A DNA stretch of 64,000 nucleotides, taken from contig CAKKSC010000021.1 in NCBI GenBank assembly GCA_919902985.1, forward strand, positions 29,676-93,675, given 5' to 3'. Made by a program: the position numbers and the translations under genes. A model generated the notes under the pieces. The model was not told the origin of the DNA. It ran no database searches and saw only the letters and a list, made by a program, of their open reading frames with translations. This stretch comes from Desulfuromonadales bacterium (GTDB taxonomy: Bacteria > Desulfobacterota > JAENJC01). Below, one piece after another: positions 60,367 through 64,000 of the stretch (position 1 is its first letter; every line of letters begins with the position of its first letter).

Positions 60367-62078
60367 AAAGAATACCCAAACTGTTGATAATAATGCCGCT
60401 ACTGCTTTCAGCATGCGCAACGCCCACGGTAAAAATGTCCCTTGTCAAGACAGAAGTTTTGACGGAGCCGGAAGGGAAGATCTCGCCGGCAAAGGCTTAT
60501 CTCCATTTCACCCAGGCCGAGCTTATGCTACTGGAGGGCAACATCGACGGCGCCATTGATGAACATAAAAAGGCACTTTTTTATGATCCGAAGTCCTCAT
60601 TCCTCCATAGAAGCCTGGCCGGCCTTTATGCGAGGAAAGGGACAATTGAGGATGCAATAAGGGAGGCTTCGGTTGCGGTCTCTCTGGATCCCTATTCTCT
60701 TAATGCACGGATGCTCCTGGGTGGACTCTATTCAGTGACTAAGAACAGCATCAAGGCCCTGGAAGAATATAAAACCGCCATATCTATAGATCCTGAGAAA
60801 CCGGATGCTTATTTTTACATGGGAACCATATACGCGGATATAGGGGAGTTAGATAAGTCGCTGGAGATAATGAATAAACTTCTTAAAATTGACCCTAACT
60901 CACTCCTTGGCAACTACTACATAGGAAGGATATATGCTAATAAGAAACTCTTTTCCGAGGCGGAGGTTTATTTCAAAAAGGCGCTGGAAATCAAGCCCCA
61001 CTTTGATTCCGCCATAGTAGACCTTGCCCTTGTATATGAGATAGAGGGTAAAATCGACAAGGCAATTGACCTGTACAAGGAGATGCTGGCATTCCAGGGT
61101 CACAATCCGAAGATTAGAGGCAAGCTTGGGGAACTTTATATAAGACAACAGAAGCTGGGAGAGGCCTTGGGAGAGTATAAGGAGATAGAGAAGTTTGAGG
61201 CGGGAAATTTAGATGCCAGGTTAAAGATAGGGCTTATCTATCTGGAGCAGGATAAGCTTAATGAGGCTATAGCTGAGTTTCAGCTTATCCTGTCGGCAAA
61301 CCCTGAACTTCACAGGATAAGGTATTACCTCGCCATGGCCTATGGTGAAAAAGAGGACATGGAAAAGGCAATAGAAGAGCTAAAGAAGATACCTGAGGGT
61401 GCGGATGTCTATACAGATTCCATGATGTATCTGGCCTCATCCCTTGCCCAGAAGAAGAAGTTTGATGAGGCCATAGGTTATATAAAAGAGGTTCTCAGGA
61501 TTGAGCCTGAGCTGGTGGCAGCCTGGTCGATGCTGGGGACACTCTATCAGGAGAAAAAGGATTACAAGAATTCTGTAGACGCTTTTAGAGAGACTGTAAG
61601 GCTGGAACCTCAGAATGCGGGGAACTATTTCAGCCTTGGCGCGGCATACGACAAGCTGGAGAGGTTTGATGACATGGTCTCTGCCATGAAAAAGGCCATA
61701 GAGCTTCATCCCAATCATGTCGGCGCCCTTAACTACCTGGGCTATTCATATGCTGACAGGGGGATCGAGCTGGATGAGGCAGAGGTGCTGATAAGGAAGG
61801 CCCTGGAACTCAAACCAGGGGATGGATATATCACTGACAGTTTAAGCTGGGTGCTTTTTAAAAAAGGGAGCATGAAGGAGGCCCTTGAAGCGATAAAGGA
61901 GGCGGTCCGTATTGTCCCTGATGATGCGGTAATAATTGAACATGCAGGCGACCTCTATTCAGCCATGAACGAGAAAACAGCGGCCTTGGAGTTTTATCAG
62001 AAGGCCATTGACCTTGATCCGAATAATGTGAAACTGATGGAAAAGGTCGAGAAGCTGATAAAAGAGATGGGGAAGTGA
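60363..62078 (+). CDS. TPR-repeat lipoprotein
   Basis: Signal peptide with lipobox LLSAC. About 13 TPR units (W-LG-Y...A...F...A...P pattern) across 571 aa. Confidence 0.7.
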   Translation: MKRIPKLLIIMPLLLSACATPTVKMSLVKTEVLTEPEGKISPAKAYLHFTQAELMLLEGNIDGAIDEHKKALFYDPKSSFLHRSLAGLYARKGTIEDAIREASVAVSLDPYSLNARMLLGGLYSVTKNSIKALEEYKTAISIDPEKPDAYFYMGTIYADIGELDKSLEIMNKLLKIDPNSLLGNYYIGRIYANKKLFSEAEVYFKKALEIKPHFDSAIVDLALVYEIEGKIDKAIDLYKEMLAFQGHNPKIRGKLGELYIRQQKLGEALGEYKEIEKFEAGNLDARLKIGLIYLEQDKLNEAIAEFQLILSANPELHRIRYYLAMAYGEKEDMEKAIEELKKIPEGADVYTDSMMYLASSLAQKKKFDEAIGYIKEVLRIEPELVAAWSMLGTLYQEKKDYKNSVDAFRETVRLEPQNAGNYFSLGAAYDKLERFDDMVSAMKKAIELHPNHVGALNYLGYSYADRGIELDEAEVLIRKALELKPGDGYITDSLSWVLFKKGSMKEALEAIKEAVRIVPDDAVIIEHAGDLYSAMNEKTAALEFYQKAIDLDPNNVKLMEKVEKLIKEMGK

Positions 62079-62896
62079 AAACAGGTCAGCTATCAGCAGT
62101 CAGTTGTCAGCAGTTGTTGTTCACTATTATTCACTCTTCACTATTCACTGTTCTCTTAATTACCGGCTGTGCCGCCAGGCAGGAGATCAAGCCTTCAAAA
62201 ACACTTCCTGCAGCCGGTGAAATCATCAGGCATATAGAAGAGAGACGTGGAAAGGTATATTCCCTGAAGGGTATGGCAAATATCAAGGGAACCTATAACG
62301 GCAAGGACAGTAACTTCAAAGAGGTATTGGTCGTAAAAAGACCTTCAAAGATAAGAGCTGAGACTGTTGGCCTGTTTGGTAATCCAGTGTTTACCCTTGC
62401 CCTTGACGGACCGGCTCTCAGCATTTACAAACCCGAGGAAAACATCTTTTATAAAGGGAGTATCTCCTCCCATGAGATACGGCTTCCAATCCCTCTGAAC
62501 GAGTTGGGGGGTGAGGAACTGGCCAATATCCTTCTGGGCGGTATCTCACTGATTGAATACAGTAACAATAACATCGAGTTTTCGGAAGCCAAAAATAGTT
62601 ATATACTCACCCTACGGTCACCGGATGGATTCAAGAAACAGATTATCACAACAGACACCAGGAACCTGCGGCTCAAGAAGAGCGAGACAATAGATGATGA
62701 AAGGAGAATGACATTATCCGCCACATTCGACAACTATCAGGATATTGGCAGTCTCTCTTTTCCAAAGGAGATAAAGATACAGTTCTCCAACAGGCCTGAT
62801 ACCCTACAGATCAACTATGAGGATATAGATCTGAATACAGATTTGCCGGATGAACTGTTTGTCTTGACACCGCCTGAAAGTAACAATAAACAATAA
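62075..62896 (+). CDS. Lipoprotein, LolB/DUF4292-like outer-membrane lipoprotein (tentative)
   Basis: Lipobox ITGCAA after a hydrophobic signal peptide. Size and beta-rich composition are consistent with the LolA/LolB-like fold. Its start overlaps the TPR gene stop. Confidence 0.4.
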   Translation: MKTGQLSAVSCQQLLFTIIHSSLFTVLLITGCAARQEIKPSKTLPAAGEIIRHIEERRGKVYSLKGMANIKGTYNGKDSNFKEVLVVKRPSKIRAETVGLFGNPVFTLALDGPALSIYKPEENIFYKGSISSHEIRLPIPLNELGGEELANILLGGISLIEYSNNNIEFSEAKNSYILTLRSPDGFKKQIITTDTRNLRLKKSETIDDERRMTLSATFDNYQDIGSLSFPKEIKIQFSNRPDTLQINYEDIDLNTDLPDELFVLTPPESNNKQ

Positions 62897-63013
62897 GAGA
62901 TAATTGATGGGAGTCTCCACTTTGAAGCTATTATATCCCCCCTCCCGCAAGGGGAGGTTATTGATCTAATGTACCAACAAATTTGTCGTAGACCATATGT
63001 TAAGGAGCAATCG

Positions 63014-64000
63014 ATGAGCTTCATAAATGTATTACTATTGGCATTTGTTCTTTTTTCCTTTACCGGATGCAAGAAGGCGGAGGCCCCGCCTACGGCCCAA
63101 AAGACTGAAGAGCCCCCGGCCTATGGCGACACCATAGTCGTAGGTTCCATTGGAGATGCCTCCAACCTTATCCCCCTTCTGGCATCTGACAGCGCATCCC
63201 ACGATATTGCAGGGCTTATCTACAACGGGCTTGTCCGATACGACAAGAACCTTAATCTGGAAGGAGACCTGGCTGAGTCATGGGAGGTCTCGAAGGACGG
63301 CCTTGAAATAACCTTTCATCTCAGAAATGGTGTTAAATGGCATGACGGCGCTGATTTTACCGCTGATGACGTCATCTATACATACAAGGTGACCATAGAC
63401 CCCAAGACGCCGACCGCTTATTCAGGCGACTTCCTCATGGTAAAGAAGGCAGAGGTATTGGACAAATATACATTCAGAGTGACCTATCCCAGGCCGTTCG
63501 CCCCTGCCCTTGCATCCTGGGGGTCAGCAATTTTGCCTAAGCACCTCCTTGAAGGGAAGGAGATAGCGAAGTCTGAACTGGCAAGGCATCCCATCGGTAC
63601 CGGCCCATATAAGTTCGTAGAATGGAAGACCGGTGAAAAGATTGTCCTTGAGGCAAACACTGAATACTGGGAGGGGAGACCTTACATAGAACGTTATATA
63701 TACAGGATAATCCCTGACCAGGCCACACTCTTCCTGGAGCTGAAATCCGGTGGAGTGGATTATACCGGACTGACTCCGTTACAGTATGCGAGACAGACAG
63801 AGTTTTCGGAGTTCAAGAAGAACTTCAACAAGTATAAATACCTTGCCTTTGCGTATACATATATGGGGTACAACCTGACAAACCCGGTATTTCAGGACAA
63901 GAGGGTGAGGAAGGCGATGTCTTACGCCATAGACAAGCAGGAACTGGTGGACGGCGTGCTGTTGGGGCTTGGAAAGTCGGCTTCCGGGCCTTATAAGCCA
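63014..64000 (+). CDS. ABC transporter substrate-binding protein, family 5 (peptide/nickel/opine-type), 3' end outside the window
   Basis: TAAGGAG RBS. Signal peptide with lipobox FTGC. The region DTIVVGSIGDASNLIPLLASDSASHDIAGLIYNGLVRYD...YTFHLRNGVKWHDGADFTADDVIYTY is typical of the SBP_bac_5 N-lobe. No stop codon before position 64000. Confidence 0.7.
   Translation, partial: MSFINVLLLAFVLFSFTGCKKAEAPPTAQKTEEPPAYGDTIVVGSIGDASNLIPLLASDSASHDIAGLIYNGLVRYDKNLNLEGDLAESWEVSKDGLEITFHLRNGVKWHDGADFTADDVIYTYKVTIDPKTPTAYSGDFLMVKKAEVLDKYTFRVTYPRPFAPALASWGSAILPKHLLEGKEIAKSELARHPIGTGPYKFVEWKTGEKIVLEANTEYWEGRPYIERYIYRIIPDQATLFLELKSGGVDYTGLTPLQYARQTEFSEFKKNFNKYKYLAFAYTYMGYNLTNPVFQDKRVRKAMSYAIDKQELVDGVLLGLGKSASGPYKP

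Noticed and set aside
35066-62150. Similar TTCACTATTCACT-type heptamer-like repeats at 35066..35103 (in pstS) and 62113..62150 (in the lipoprotein gene).
   Set aside because: Both fall in signal-peptide-coding segments (F-T-I-Y/F-T-V runs). Codon and composition bias of hydrophobic leader peptides explains the resemblance.

Overview
This 64-kb window is densely protein-coding chromosomal DNA from a bacterium with unusually many signal-transduction genes. By gene content it looks like a Nitrospirota- or Desulfobacterota-type anaerobe, but that cannot be proven from sequence alone. No rRNA, tRNA or CRISPR arrays were seen.

Layout:
- 1-10.6 kb, plus strand: a chemotaxis operon. It holds a 5'-truncated cheA, two cheW genes, a zinc-ribbon/CheY-like gene, a HEAT-repeat gene, cheR, cheB, an unknown 610-aa protein, an (ACTC)12 microsatellite, and a second cheR whose C-terminus carries a 7-bp tandem duplication.
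- 10.6-29.9 kb: sensory and c-di-GMP signalling genes. These are two HAMP-PAS proteins, two paralogous PAS-GAF-HD-GYP proteins sharing a ~500-bp near-identical 3' block, a V4R-PAS protein, and an H-NOX / histidine kinase / REC-GGDEF / REC / REC operon. Interspersed are HicAB, another small two-gene pair, aspS, a DUF559 nuclease and an (ACAG)n microsatellite. Six otherwise unrelated signalling proteins end in the same short coiled-coil tag.
- 29.9-36.6 kb, minus strand: pstS-pstC-pstA-pstB-phoU-phoB, a small lipoprotein gene and a porin O/P-like gene.
- 36.6-57.1 kb: a run of minus-strand operons. Six of them (including pstS) are preceded by the same element: three or four direct repeats of GTTACA-type hexamers at exact 11-bp phasing, about 45-55 nt upstream of the start codon. 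I read this as a Pho-box-like site for an OmpR/PhoB-family regulator. The operons behind it encode glycolipid and lipid-remodelling enzymes (GT28, PAP2, DAG-kinase-like, Psd-like, Lgt-like, an unknown 829-aa protein), a PsiE-like protein, and a striking cation-handling cluster. That cluster has a P-type ATPase with an N-terminal HMA-like domain, three small paralogous HMA-like proteins (basic H-x-x-P-G-R-[IL]-R motif), a DUF5132-like protein, a repeat-rich amphipathic protein, a CDF transporter, a divergent MetK-like gene and two paralogous small Cys4-His proteins.
- 57.2-60.4 kb: an integron-type integrase (intI) followed by a decayed MNT/HEPN pair fused onto panC-panD.
- 60.4-64 kb: TPR and LolB-like lipoproteins and a 3'-truncated family-5 solute-binding protein.

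Several dispersed REP-like repeat families are present.
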